From: the human T2T-CHM13v2.0 reference genome, Homo sapiens
Reading direction: 5' to 3' (one strand)
DNA: 64,000 bases
NCBI RefSeq assembly: GCF_009914755.1
Contig: NC_060926.1
The position numbers and the translations under genes were made by a program. Below are positions 30,931 through 44,817 of this stretch, in pieces. Position 1 is the first letter of the stretch; each line of letters begins with the position of its first letter. Under the pieces are notes generated by a model. The model searched no databases, had not been told where the DNA came from, and worked only from the letters and a program-made list of their open reading frames with translations.

Positions 30931-31437
30931 CAGGAAAAAAAAAAGTCATTTTTAAGATTTAAAAAAAAGTTATCCCACTAGTAAAGGCTCACAATTAAAA
31001 TCAGATTCTAGTATGACATATAATGAAAAGCAACGTTTCACCCATTCCACTCCTGCTGGCATGTGAGGAGAGGCTGGCAAACACATTTTTAATTATTTGG
31101 TTCTTTTCTATTGCAATGAATAAAAAAATTATAGCACTATTTCTTTTATGAAATGAATACATATTCTACTATCTTCTAATATTCTAGGTTAGGATTTAGC
31201 AACTTACAACACTAGTTTCCCTCTGACTTTCTAATGTAAGTATAAACATGACTGTCAGTTTTTTACTTGTCATTTCTTTTACTAAAGGGTAAGTTAATTC
31301 TTCCTTTCTTGTTCAGTTAAACTTACTTAGAATTTCTTTTGTAAGATGAAGCCTTTAATTCTCCCAACTTTCCTTTTACCTCTTCTCCTCACCTTCAACC
31401 TCTTCATTGCTGCAGCTACATCTATACTTTTACATTA

Positions 31438-33825
31438 CAGCCATACCTCAGAGATACTGGAGGTCCAGTTCCAGACCATTGCAATAAAGTAAATATTACA
31501 ATAAAGTAAGTTACACATTTTTTTGTTTCCTGGTGCATATTAAAGTTATATTTACACTATACTACAGTCTATTAAATATGCAATAGCACTATATCTAAAG
31601 AAACAACATGCATACATTAATTTAAAAATACTTTATTGCTGAAAAATTCTAGTAATCACCTAAGTCTTTAGCAAGCCATAATCTTTTTACCGGTGGAGGG
31701 TCTGGCCTCTGTTGTTGGCTGCTGAATGATCAGAGTTGTGGTTGTTGAAAGGTGGGGTGGCTGGGACAATTTCTTAAAATAAGACTAAAGTTTTTGGCAT
31801 TGATTGATTCTTTTTGTTTTTTCACAAAAGATTTCTCTGTAGCATGTGATGCTGCTTGATGGCATTTCACCTACAGTAGAACTTCCTTCCAAATTTGAGT
31901 CAATCTTCCCAAACTCTGCCACTAATCTATCAACTAAGTTTATATAATATTCTAAGTCCCTTGTTGTCACTTCAACACTGTTCACATCATCCCAAGGGGC
32001 AGATTCCATCTCAAGAAACCACTTTGTTTATTCATAAGAAGCAACTTTCTATTTGTTAAAGTTTTATCTTCAGATTGCAGTAATTCCTTCACATCTTCAG
32101 GTTACGTTTTTAATTCTAGTTTCCTGGCTGTTTCCACCACATCTACAGTTACTTCCTCCACTGAAGTCTTGAGCCCCTCAAAGTCATTCATGAGTGTTGA
32201 AATCAACTTCTTTCAAACTTTTGTTCATGTTGATATTTTTACCTCCTCCCATGAATTACCCTGTTCTTAATGGCACTGAGAATGATAAATCTTTTCCAGA
32301 AGATTTTTAGTTTACTTTGCACAGATCCATCAGAGGAATCACTATCTATGATAGCTGTATCCCTGCAAAATATATTTCTAAAATAATAAGACTTGAAATT
32401 AGAAGTGACTCCTTAATCCATGGGTTGCAGAATGGATAGTATGCTCAGAGGCATAAAAACAACATCCTTGTATATCTCCATCAGAGCTCTTGGCTGACGA
32501 GGTGCATTGTCAATAAGAAGTAATATTGTGAAATCATTTTTTTCCTGTGCAGTGGGTCTCAAAGGTGGGCTTAAAATATTCAGTGAACCATGCTGTAAAT
32601 AGATAGATGTGCTGCCATCCAGGCTTTGTTGTTCCACTTATAGAGAACAGGTAGAGCAGATTCAGTGTAATTCTTCAGGACCCTAGGATTTTCAGAACGT
32701 TAAATGAGCATTTGCTTCAACTTAAAGTTTCCAGTTGCATTAGCCCCTAACAAGAGAGTCAGCCTGCCCTCTGAAGCTTTGAAGCTGGACACTGACTTTT
32801 CTTCCACAGTTGTAAAAATCCTAGATGGCATTTTCTCCAATATAAGGCTGTTTAGTTTACATGGAAAATGTATTTTTTAGCATAGTCACCTTCATCCATT
32901 ATCTTGGCTAGATCTTCTGGATAACTTGCTGCTTCACCTTGTACTTTATGTTATAAAAACAACTTCTTTCTTTAAATCTCATGGACCAATCTCTGCTAGT
33001 TTCCAACATTTTTTCTGCAGTTTCCTCACCTCTCTCAGCCTTCATAGAACTGGAAAGAGTCACGGCTTTGCTCTACTTTAGCTTTACCTTAAGGAAATGT
33101 TGTGTCTGGTTTGATCTATCCAGAACACCAAAACTTTCTCCATATAAGCAGTAAGACTGTTTCATTTCCTTATCATTATGCATTCACAGGAGTAGCACTT
33201 TTAATTTTCTTCAAGAACATTTTATTTGCATTCATGACTTGGCTAACTGTTCAGTGCAAAAGGCCTAGCTTTTGGCCTCTCTTGGCTTTCAACATGCCTT
33301 CCTCACTCAGCTTAATCATTTTTAGCTTTTGATTTAAAGTAAGAGATGAGTGATTCTCCCTTTCACTTGTACACTTAGAGGCCACTGTGGGATTATTAAT
33401 TGGTCTAATTTCAATATTTTTGTGTCTAGAGAATAGGAAGACCCAAGAAGAATGAGAGAGATGGGGAAATGGCTGGTCAGTGGAGCAGTCAGAACACACA
33501 ACATTTATGGATTAAGTTTGCTGTCTTATATGGGTGCTGGTTATGGTTCCTCAAAACAATTACAGCAGTAACATCAAAGATAATTGATTACAGATAAAAA
33601 TAACAGATACAATAATATGGCAAAATTTGAAATATATGAATAACCATATTGACATTTTAAATATTTCCAAAATGTGACACCAAGACAAAAATTGAGCACA
33701 TGCTGTTGGAAAGATAGCATTGATAGACTTGCTTGATACAGGCTTGCCACAAACCTTCAATTTGTAAAAAACACAACATCTACCAAGTGCAATAAAGTAA
33801 AGCACAATAAAATGAGGTATCCCTG
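31438..33825 (-). mobile_element. Tigger1 DNA transposon, essentially full-length, transposase disrupted
   Basis: TIRs cagccatacctc / gaggtatccctg with TA on both sides; 2388 bp; pogo transposase fragments LTLNQKLKMIKLSEEGM, ILLLIDNAP...[20 protein letters not shown] in separate frames. Confidence 0.96.
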
Positions 33826-33829
33826 TATA

Positions 33830-34710
33830 AGGCTGATAATATTTACATTGTGTTCAATAAATATACTTGGGCTTTACATGATTTATCTGTAAGTGGAATC
33901 TAAAAGTTAAGAAGCATTCGAGGATGTTTACATTATGATGGTCACTCAGAGTGTTTACTCCAGAGCCAAACACAATCAATGTCACAACCTCTTTGCACTG
34001 AAAATGGGATATGATTATAGTCAAGTTAGAATGGATTCATAAATGTTTATTCTCTATCAATCATTTTGACAATATGCTCACTTTTTCTTAAAGGACTCAT
34101 CACTTTGTTTCTGTTTTAATGCTTCTTATTTCCAAAAAAATCTCCCTCCATAACTTTCTGCCTCCATATTACCATATCAACTTGTTGCTATCTAAGTTTG
34201 CTATTCTCCTATTATACAGAGGACAGCTCACTGCCCTCCTAAAGCACTATTTCATGGATTCCATGTCTTCTTCTTTCTTAATCTTTTCCTAAATGCTACT
34301 AGAGTATATCCTTAGATTCCTAAAGAAGGTAGCAAAAGAGAAAACATTTCTAAGATCATATATATCTTCATAAGCCAATATTCTGATCCTTCATCTTTTT
34401 TATCTTTAATCTGAGAAATCGTTCTGACATTATTTTCTACTCCTTTGATTATTTTTTAATGAAAATCATATTTCAATTTCAAGAAACTTGTTCAAGTTCT
34501 TTGCTCATTTTTCATAACTCACACTTCTTGCTTTATCAGTACAGTAACTTCTTGAATCTGACAACACTATTAAGACATTTTTATAATTTATTTTCTGTTC
34601 CTCGATCTGTGACTATTTACTTTTTCATTTGTTTTGTCTTACTTTTTAATATTGCTGGCATTCTTCAAGGGTATGGAAGTCGTTGATTGTCTGCTCCTAT
34701 GTAAGAATGT
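33830..34710 (-). mobile_element. Very old L1/HAL1-like antisense remnants
   Basis: T-rich degenerate ORF1-like sequence; weak. Confidence 0.35.
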
Positions 34711-35369
34711 AGCCATAAAAAGATGACTTAATACCAGTATGAATCTAGGCAGAGGTTGTTGTCCGGCATGCTTTGCTTTACAGCAATTGTGCAATGAACC
34801 AGCCATTGTACCAGGTAACACCTACATTCTACAGTGCAGAAATTTATCCTGTGGATATCTCTGGTTGCAATGGATGCTTGAAACTGAGAATCAGGCTTCC
34901 CAGTCTCGGTAGCAGAAAGTAGGGGAGAGAAGAATCTGGCAATGGCTATTGTATTAGCTAACCACTTTTGTTTGCTATGGTCTCTTCCCTCCTCAAATTT
35001 ATTCCACAATTCCTCATGACTTAAAGGTCTAATTTTAACGTCTTTACATATCAAACTAACTCTTTCATGGCCAGGTTCATGCCTATCTAACCAGATTCCT
35101 TTCACTTTGTAATTTATTCATAATGAAGAATTTATAACCTTCACTACCTTTAAGGTTCTTTCAAATCTATGTTTCTTTTCTTTTCCTTTCTACTACTTTA
35201 TTCATCCTAAATTATCTCTACTAACCTTGTACATCTCATTTCCCTAATTCTACCAAGAAGACAAATGTCAACTTTCCCAGGTAAATGCCTCATCTAAATG
35301 TCACATTCTTTAGTGATATTTACCAGTTGTCAGCACTCTACCTTTTATGGAGAAATTATGCAATAAATT

Positions 35370-37250
35370 ATATTGAATGAATGAAAAATAGTAAAAATGA
35401 CAATAAACATTTATTGACTATTGCCCTACATACTTTAGGTGTGTTTTAATTTAATCTTGATGACATCTTATGGGGTAGGAACTGAGGCAAAAAGAGGTGA
35501 ATAGTGGAGCAGGGGTGTGAACCTGGGCCCTCTTACACCAGACCCAGAGCTTAATTCTACACTATAACTTAATGAATGAATACAATTGTGACTTGAAAAA
35601 CCTCTCTTCTTTTGGCTTTTATAATATTGTCCTCCTCTGGTGTTTCTCTCACCTTTTTGGCCCTTTCCTCTACCTAATTTGTAAATGTTAGAGTGCCCCA
35701 GGTCTTGTAGATAAGACTTCTTCTATTCTAGCTTTAAAGTACCCCACTTTTTCCATAGTTTTTAATCACATTCATATTCTGATGGCTCTCTAATGTAACC
35801 CTCCCATCTGACCTCTAGACATGTACATGTGAATGTTTCACCTTTCCTCTCCATCCCAGACTTAAGACATTTCAATATGAAAAATTGATCTATTTCTTCA
35901 TTTTTCTCCTTGCCTAGCCTTCCTCTTCTTAGGATATGGCATCGCCCAGTTGCTCAAGCCCAAGATCCAGGAGTCAGTCTTAACATATCCCCTCCCTTGA
36001 TTCTCACATCCAGTCACCTGATTTACAAGTCTTACTGTATCTACAGGGCATATCTCATATCCATCCACCTCACTCCAAGCCCTTCTTAGTCTGAATACTC
36101 ATCCATCCAACATTGAGGGTACTGCCTGAGCCTGCTAACTACTCTCCTACTTTGAGGGAATATGTTCCTTTTTATTGGTAAATTTTCATACTGCTAAGAA
36201 GAAATACCCAAGACCGAGTAATTTATATTATAAAGAAAAAGAGGTTTAGTGGGCTCACAGTCACACATGGCTGGGGAGGCCTCACAGTCATGGTGGAAGA
36301 CAAAGGAGGGACAAAGGCATGTCTTATATGGCAGCAGGCAAGAGAGTGCATGCAGGGGAATTGCCCTTTACAAAACCATCATATCTTGTGAGACTTATTC
36401 ACTATTATGAGAACAGCACGGGAAAACCTGCCCCCATAATTCAATTACCTCTCACCAGGTCCCTCCCATAAAACATGGGGATTATGGGAGCTACAGTTCA
36501 AGATGAGATTTGGGTGGGGACACAGCAAAACCATATCACCATTACTAATACTTTCTCACTTAACAGCCTAAATGGTCTCTTTAAAGTGAAAATTAGATTT
36601 TTGCACTCCCTTGCTTGATATCTTCAATTGCAATTTATTGCACTTTGAATAAATATTTGGAATAAAATTTTTTATCATTGTTCCAAAGACTTGCATGATT
36701 AGGCTGCTGAACTTGTCTCATGCCACACTTTCTCTTGTTCCCTTTGTGAACAAACAAAGCAACATTCACATCAGCCTCCTTGCATTTTCATACAACCCAT
36801 TTATCTACTTTTCAACCTACCTCTACTCCATGATCTCTTTCCTCAACCTAAAAATACTTCCCAGGCCCTGCTTCCTCACTTTGGCTTTATCTGTTTAGCT
36901 TTATCTTATTCGTTAGGAATCTGCTTAAATGTCTTCTCTGTAGAAGGACCTTTTTTCTCCATATAGTCTTACATAAGTACCTCTATTACTATTTTACCAA
37001 ATCCTGCTCCTTTCTTTCGAGGCATTTGTGAAAATTCCCTTGGAGTTAGATATAAAAATAAATAAGAGTCGATTCTTATTTTTCATAAATTTAAAATGTA
37101 ACTGAAGAGACAGGCAAGCATGCCACCATAATAAAATGTGAACAATGCTGTGATAGGGGATTAACAAAGTTCTATGGCAAGACGGGGAGAGGATATATCA
37201 ATCTGGCCTTTAGCAGGGCAAGAAGTGAAAGCTTCACAGTGTAACAGACA
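35370..37250. mobile_element. MIR and L2 fragments (L2 split by a THE1 LTR)
   Basis: ggaactgaggcaaaagaggtg (MIR); cccagttgctcaagcccaagatccaggagtca and gcttaaatgtcttctctgtagaagg (L2). Confidence 0.6.
36171..36538 (-). mobile_element. THE1 (THE1C-like) solo LTR
   Basis: ggctggggaggcctcacagtcatggtggaag...gatgagatttgggtggggacacagcaaaaccatatca. Confidence 0.9.
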
Positions 37251-38590
37251 GTTTAGTTAGTTTAGTTGTGAACTTCAGAGTGACTCCGAATTCATGCGAG
37301 AGACATGTTTTGATCATTGAAAGAACTGCTATTTGAAAACTGCAGATCTCTGCTTCCTTCTTGAACAGTGCCATTGTTTACCTTTATCCTAAAATAAAGG
37401 ATGCATTGTCTTTCCAGTTGATATTTTGATACAGAAGAAATGTACATGATACATCATCTAAAGAATATGAAGTCTTACAGAATTCTAGGACAACAGAATG
37501 AAAAGGGAGATTATGATATGATAATAGCCTCTGCTTTCAGACTTATTAATCCCCCATTTGTGTCCACATTTCCAAGCATAACTTCCCATTAGCAGTTCAA
37601 CTAATAGTCACTCAGGGTAAGCAATTAGTTTTATGGCTAGCTGTTCTCTGCTCCACAGAAAAATTAAGAGCTGTTGAAGGATGCAATCTACTAGTAAAGC
37701 AACAAAATTAAAAGATTAGGTAGAGATAAGTAAAATAGTTGCATGTAATTTTAGGCTTATGTTCTCTTCCTCATCATTCCACAGTTATTTCTGAACTTAT
37801 TTTGTTCCCAGATAAAGTATTAGCAGTAGTTTCTATTCTACTGTGTTTTGTTGATAGTGTGAGTTTGATTTAAAGAGTGGGGAGGGGAAAGCATTTTTAA
37901 CTGTGATTATAATACTAAAGCTTTTCAAACATTGCCATGACATTAGTTTTGGGGTCCAAATTACCTGTAGCTCAACTCTCTACAGTAATTTCATTTTGAT
38001 ATTTATAAACTATTTCCAGGTAGATGACCTTAATCTATATCATAGTTCATAAACTAGTCAGCAGTATTAGACAATGTTCAATATTTAGGTCAAAATATGG
38101 ATTGCATGTAAATACTGACCTTGAGCTACCACAAACTGAGGTACACTTAAATTCTGAGCAAATACAATAATTTAGGACAGGTAGATTTATACACATAATG
38201 TAAATAACCGTTTTTCACACTGATGACTCCTTAAATTACTAAAGTAATGATTATAGTCAATACAATATAATGTGATCTTGTTCCATTAAACACAGGATGC
38301 TGTTAGTATGTTAGTGAAAACAGAGAAGTAAGAATCTCTGAAAGCTCACCCTTCCATAAAAGCAATAAAAGAAACTAGCAAAAATTGCCAAAATTGATTT
38401 TTTTTTTTTTAGAACTTGGAGAATTAACAAAAGGCTTGCAGCAACCAGAGGAGAGTTTAGTCAAGAAAAACTGTTGAATATCAGTAAGAACAGTGGGCTC
38501 TGTCATGTTTTAACTTACCCTAGTTTCATCTTCTGGTTTTTGTTTCAGTGGTAGTCGGTTTCATCTTCTGGTTTTTATTTCAGTGGTAGT

Positions 38591-38886
<296 letters not shown>

Positions 38887-39875
38887 TCAGTGGCAGTCTT
38901 CAAAAAAAAAAAAAATCACAGCCTATATTCCTGGCACTTGAGGGAGAACAGACGTCATTCCCAAATGATTGCCATTATTTGACCTGTCTTGTGGTTCCCT
39001 GGAAAACCCCACTCCAAAAGCTTATCTTTATGCAAACTCACTTGAACTCCTCCAGTGCTAAATGCCTCAGGGAAGTGTGTGTGTGTCTAATGTTTTAGCA
39101 TCACAGCTGCCCGAAGCAATGGATAAAAGTTGGGGCAAACAATAAACTAGTCAAAAAGCTTAAAAGAAAAAGCTGCAGAATGAGATACCCATAGGGCTTT
39201 GAAAAGCTCCAATATATCCCTGGAAATCTAGAAGGCATTGTGCATGCACAGGCTGTATGCAGCTGTGTTCATGCTCACAAAAGACAGGAGAGGTCCTAAG
39301 CTCTTATTCCTCACTGACCTTGAGGGTCAAATGAAAGTACATTAGACAACAACACCAATTCAGATAATGAAGTCAAGAGTACCAGTAAATGTAATAATTT
39401 ACATTTGTATATGTGTAAAACTCAAAGACATTATAAATATATTTTTGTTTGTATGTCCTATTTTGCTCCTATCTGAATTAAATGACAACTGCATAATTCA
39501 ATAATTAAAAATCTAAGTTAATTGGCACATAATGTGTAAAGATGTAACCTGTGATAATAGCAAAATGTAAGGAGATGGAGTCTAAAAGAACCAAAGTATT
39601 TGTATACTATTGAATTTAAGTTGGTATTAATGGCAATCTCTATACTGACTGCTAATAACTCAAAAACATATCATAAAAAAACTACCAGAAAATTAAAATT
39701 GTGCACTAGAAAATGTCTAACACAAAAGAAGGCAACAATGAAGAGATTGCAGAACAAAACAGACCTAAGATGTAGAAAACAAATAGCAAAATGTCAGGTG
39801 TAAATCATACCATATCGGTAATTACGTTAAATGTAAATTGATTAAATTCTCCAATTAAAAGACCAGGCTTGGTAT

Positions 39876-40605
39876 TGTAACAACCCCAGGGGTTCACCTT
39901 GCCCACTGCCTAGACAGAGCCAATTTATCAAAACAGGGGAATTGCAATAGAGAAAGAGTAATCCACGCAGAGCTGGCTGTGCGGGATACCAGAGTTTTAT
40001 TATTACTCAAATCAGTCTCCCCAAGAATTTGAGGATCAGAGTTTCTCAGTTTAATTTGGTGGATAGGGGCCGGTGAGTCAGGAGTGCTGATTGGTTGGGT
40101 TAGAGGTGAAGTTATAGGGAGACAAAGCTGTCCTCTTGCCCTGAGTCAGTTCCTGGGTGGGGGCCACAATATCAGATGAGCCAGTTTATCTATCTGCATG
40201 GTGCCAGCTGATCCATCAAGTGCAGGGTCTTCATAATATCGCAAGCACTGATTTTAGGTTTTACAATAGTGATGTTATTCCACAGGAGCAATTTGGGGAG
40301 GGTCAGAACCTTGTAACCTCCAGCTGCATGACTACTAAATGGTAATTTCTAATCTTTTGGCTAATTTGTTAGTCCTGCAAAGACAGTCTAGTCTCCAGGC
40401 AGGAAGGGGTTTGTTTTGGGAAAGGGCTGTTACCACCTTTGTTTCAAAGTTAAACTATAAACTAAATTTCTCCCAAAGTTAGTTCAGCCTACACTCAGGA
40501 ATGAACAAGGACAGCTTGGAGGTTAGAAGCAAAATGGAGTTGGTTAGATCAGATCTCTTTCACTGTAATAGTTTTCTCAGTTATAATTTTGCAATCATGG
40601 TTTCA
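39876..40605 (-). mobile_element. LTR8/LTR8A (ERV1, MER4 group) solo LTR
   Basis: 730 bp TG...CA; aggaatgaacaaggacagcttggaggttagaagc; perfect 4-bp TSD GTAT. Confidence 0.9.
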
Positions 40606-42930
40606 GTATAATGGGAAAGAAAACAAAACTGGGATCTAACTATATGCTGTATATAAGACATATACTTTAGATTCAATACAAAAATTAGCTAAAAGTAAAA
40701 GAATAAAAAGATATACCATGCAAATTGTGATCAAAAGAAGTCTGAGGCAGACATACTAATATCATATAAAATAGGCTTTAAGACACAAATTATTACCAGA
40801 GATAAAGAAGTAAAGAAGTAAAGATTGAGTAAAATTAAAAAGGAGAAATAGACAATTTTGCAATAATATTGGACTTCAATATTCCATTTTCAACAATGTA
40901 TAGAAAAGCTAGACAGAAAACTAAGAAAGAAATGGAAGACTTGAACAACATGATATAAAAAGTTAACAACAGATATCTATTGAACACTTCACCCAACACC
41001 ATCACAATTTTCACACATTGTTTTCAAGTGTACATGAAATATTCCTCAGGATAGACTTAATGATGGTCTCTAAAATCAGTTACACTGAGTTTTTTAAAAA
41101 TTGAAGTCATACAAGGCACGTTCTGTAGCCATAATGAAATGAGATTATAAATAAATAACAAAAGAAATGTAGGAAATTCTTTAAAATGTAGAAGTTAAAT
41201 AACACATTGCTAAAAAACCAATGGGTCAAAGAAGAAATCACAAGTGAAATTATAAAATGATTTGAGGTGAATGAAAACAAAACAAAACATACCAAAACTG
41301 ATGGGATGCTGTTCAAAATGGTGCTCAGAGGGAAATTTATATCTCAAAATGCTTATATATTAGAAGGGGGAAAACACCCCAAATCAATAACTTAAACTTC
41401 TACCTTAAGAAACTAGAAAAGGAAGAATAAACTATACCAAAACAAGCAGAAAGAAGAAGACAAATATCAGAATTGAGATAAAGAAATTGGGAATAGAAAA
41501 ACAATCGAAAGAATCAATGAAACAAAAAAATTATTCCTTTCAAAAGATCAACAAACTGACATTTAGCCAGATTAACCAAGAAAAAAAGTTTCAAATGACT
41601 AAAATTAAAATTGCAATAGGAGACATTACTCCTGACATTATACAAGCAAAAAGGATTATAAGGAAATACTATGAATAATATTATTCCAACAAATTAGATG
41701 ACCTAGATGAATTGAATAAACTCTTAGGAGACACAAATTATCAAAACTGATTTGTAAAGAAATAGCAAACCTGAATAAATCCATAACAAGTAAAGAGATT
41801 GAGTAATAATTATAATAAAACTTCTCACAAAAGCCCAAAACCAGGTTGGTTTTACTGATTAATTATGTAAAATGTTTAAAGGAGAATTAACATTAATTCT
41901 TCCCAAGCTCTTTCGAAAAAATAGAATAAAATAGAAAACTTCCTCACTTATCTATGAGGCCAGTAGTACCCTGATATCAAAACCAGACAAAGACATCTTG
42001 AGAAAATATAACTGCATACCAATATCTTAATGTAGATGTAAAAATTCTCAATAAAATACTAGCATACCAAATTCAATAAGATATTAAAAAATTAGAAACC
42101 ATGACCCTGTGGTATTTATCCCAGTCCTGCATAGTCAGTTCAACATATGAAAATCAGTTATTGTAATACACCATTTTAATAGAATAAAGGAAAAATCCAC
42201 ATGACAATCACAATACAAATAAAATTTATTTGACATAATCCAACACACTTTCACGATAAAAACACTCAACAACTGATAATAGAAGGGAGCATCCTCAACC
42301 TGGTAAAAGGCATCTATGAAAAATACACAGCTACTGTTCTACCTAAGGATTAATGATTGAAAGCTTTTTGTTTTAAGATCAAGAATAAAACAAGATGTCC
42401 ACTCTCACTACTTCTATTCAACAATATACTAGAGGCTCTAGCCAGATCTAGAGATTTTTCTTAAGTAAGAAAAAAATTAAAGGCACCCAGATTACATAGG
42501 AAGAAGTAAAACTATATCTCTTTGAAAATGACATGATCTTATTTATAGAAAACGCTAAAAATCCACAAAAGCAATAATTCTTAGAATTAGTAAATGAGTT
42601 CATCAAAGTTACAGGATACAAGAGCAACATACAAAAATCAGTCATATTTCTATATACTACCAATGAATAATCTAAAAATAAAATACAAACAGTTTCATTT
42701 ACCATAGTAACATGCAAAATAATATGTTTAGGAAAAATATGCAACCAAGAAGTGCAAGACTTGTTCACTGAAAACTACCAAACATTATTGAAAGTAATTA
42801 AAGAAGATCAAAATAAAAGAAAATAAAAGATATCAGTGTTTATGGATTAGAAGACATAACATTATTAGGAGGGCAATGCTCCTTAAATTGATCTACAAAT
42901 TCAACAAAATCCCTGTTAACATTCTGACTT

Positions 42931-43134
42931 TAACTAACCTGCACAATGTGCACATGTACCCTAAAACTTAAAGTATAATAAAAAAAAAAATAATTAAAAA
43001 AACAAAACAAAACAAAACAAAAACACTATGTTACTCTTTAATGTAAACCTGTATTTTTAAGGCCTATTAAAATATAGCTGAATTTTTAAATATGAAAAAA
43101 AAATTAAAAAAACCCAACAGAACAAAAAAAAAAA
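42931..43134 (+). mobile_element. Young L1PA 3' tip with A tail, 71 bp non-L1 sequence and a second A tail
   Basis: taactaacctgcacaatgtgcacatgtaccctaaaacttaaagtataat (42931-42979); A tract; unique 43024-43094; A tract 43095-43134. Confidence 0.85.
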
Positions 43135-43369
43135 GCTTATCCTAAAATCCCAAAGAAAATGCAAGCAACAAAGAATAGCCAAAACAATTTTGAAAAAGAT
43201 CAACAAATTTGGAGGACTCAGGTTTTTTGATTTCAAAACCTACTAGAAAGCTACCATAATCAAAACACTGTACTACTAACATGAAGGTGACATACGGATC
43301 AATATAATAGAACTGAAACTTCAGAAATAAACCCATACACCTAGGGTTAACTGATTTTTGCGAGGCTAC

Positions 43370-43886
43370 TATATTAGTTTTCTAGGGTACCATAACAAAG
43401 TACCATAAATTGTGTGGCTTAAACAAACAATTTTTTTTTTTCTCACAGTTTTGAGAGCTAGAAGTCTGAAATCAACGTATCATCAAGGTCACAATCCCTC
43501 TAAAATTTTCAGGAATATCTTTTCTTGACACTTCATAGCTTCTGATGGGTTTTTTGGCAATCTTTAGTATTGTTTGGTTGAAGCTTCATAACTCCAGTTT
43601 CTCCCCTAATCATCACATGTGAATTTCACCATGTGTCTCTCCTCACATGGCGATCATCTTTAAGAACACCAGACATGTGGATTAGGGGTCCATCTTACTC
43701 CAGTTTAGCTGCATCTTTACTGACTGCTAGGTTGGTGCAAGCAATGGCAACAACCGCAATTAACGTTTGCACCAACCTAATATATTTCAACCGTATTTCT
43801 AAATAAGGTCGCCTTCTGAGGTACTTGGAGTTGGGATTTTAATATACTTTTTTTTTTGTGGAGGGAGCATAATTCAACCCATAAAA
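43370..43886 (-). mobile_element. MLT1B/C-like solo LTR
   Basis: ccataacaaagtaccataaattgtgtggcttaaac...cataattcaacccataa; near-TSD gctac/ggtac. Confidence 0.85.
43728..43780. mobile_element. MADE1 (Hsmar1-derived MITE), internally deleted
   Basis: TIRs taggttggtgcaa / ttgcaccaacctaa and aatggcaacaaccgcaatt. Confidence 0.88.
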
Positions 43887-44817
43887 GGTACTGAAACAAT
43901 GTAATGCAGAAATAATCATATTTTCAACTCATGGTGCTAGGACAACTAGATATCTATATGCTAAAGAATAAATTTGGATCTGCTACTTTACACCACACAT
44001 AACGTCAACTCAAAATGGATCAAATACCTAAGATTTAAAGCTCTAAATCTCTTGGAAGAAAACCAGATGTAAATCTTCATGACCTTAATTAGGCAACTTT
44101 TTTTTTTTATGTATGACACCAAAAGCACAAGCAACCAAGGAATAATAGATAAATTGGACCTCAGCAAAATTAGAGCCATTTGTGCATCAGAGGACAGTAT
44201 CATGTAATTGAAAAGACAAATCAAAGAATGGAAGAAAATATGTGTAAATCGTATATCTGATAATGTGTAGTATCAAGGATATATTTATAGAACTCTCAAA
44301 CCTCAACAATAAAAAGACACATAAGCAAAATAAAAACGAGCAAAACAAATGTAATAGACATCTCTGTGAAGAAGGTAGACAAATGGCAAATAAACATCTG
44401 AGAAGATGTTCATCATTATCATCCTCGCTAGGAAAATGCAAACTTAAACCAAAATAAGATACCACTTTATATCCAGTAGAAAAGCTGTGATTTTTTAAAA
44501 TGAAAAACAAGAATAGCAAGTATTGGTGAAGGTGTGGAGAAATTAGAACCTCATACATTTCTGGTGTAAATGTAAAATAATTCAGCCACTGTGGAAAACA
44601 ATTTGGCAGTTCCTCAAAAAGGTAAAATTGAGTTACCATATGACCCAGCAGTTCTACTGCTAGGTATATACCCCACCCAAGAACTGAAACCTTATGTTGA
44701 TATTATACAAAGACTTGTACATGATGTTTATAGCAACCTTTTTCCTAATAGTCAACAAGTGAAAGCAACTGAAAAGACCATCAAATTATGAATGAATAAA
44801 CAAAATGTGGGGTGTGT

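Noticed and set aside
31785-33499. TIGD1-like domesticated transposase gene
   Set aside because: Fragments lie in different frames with stops, inside TIR-bounded Tigger1.
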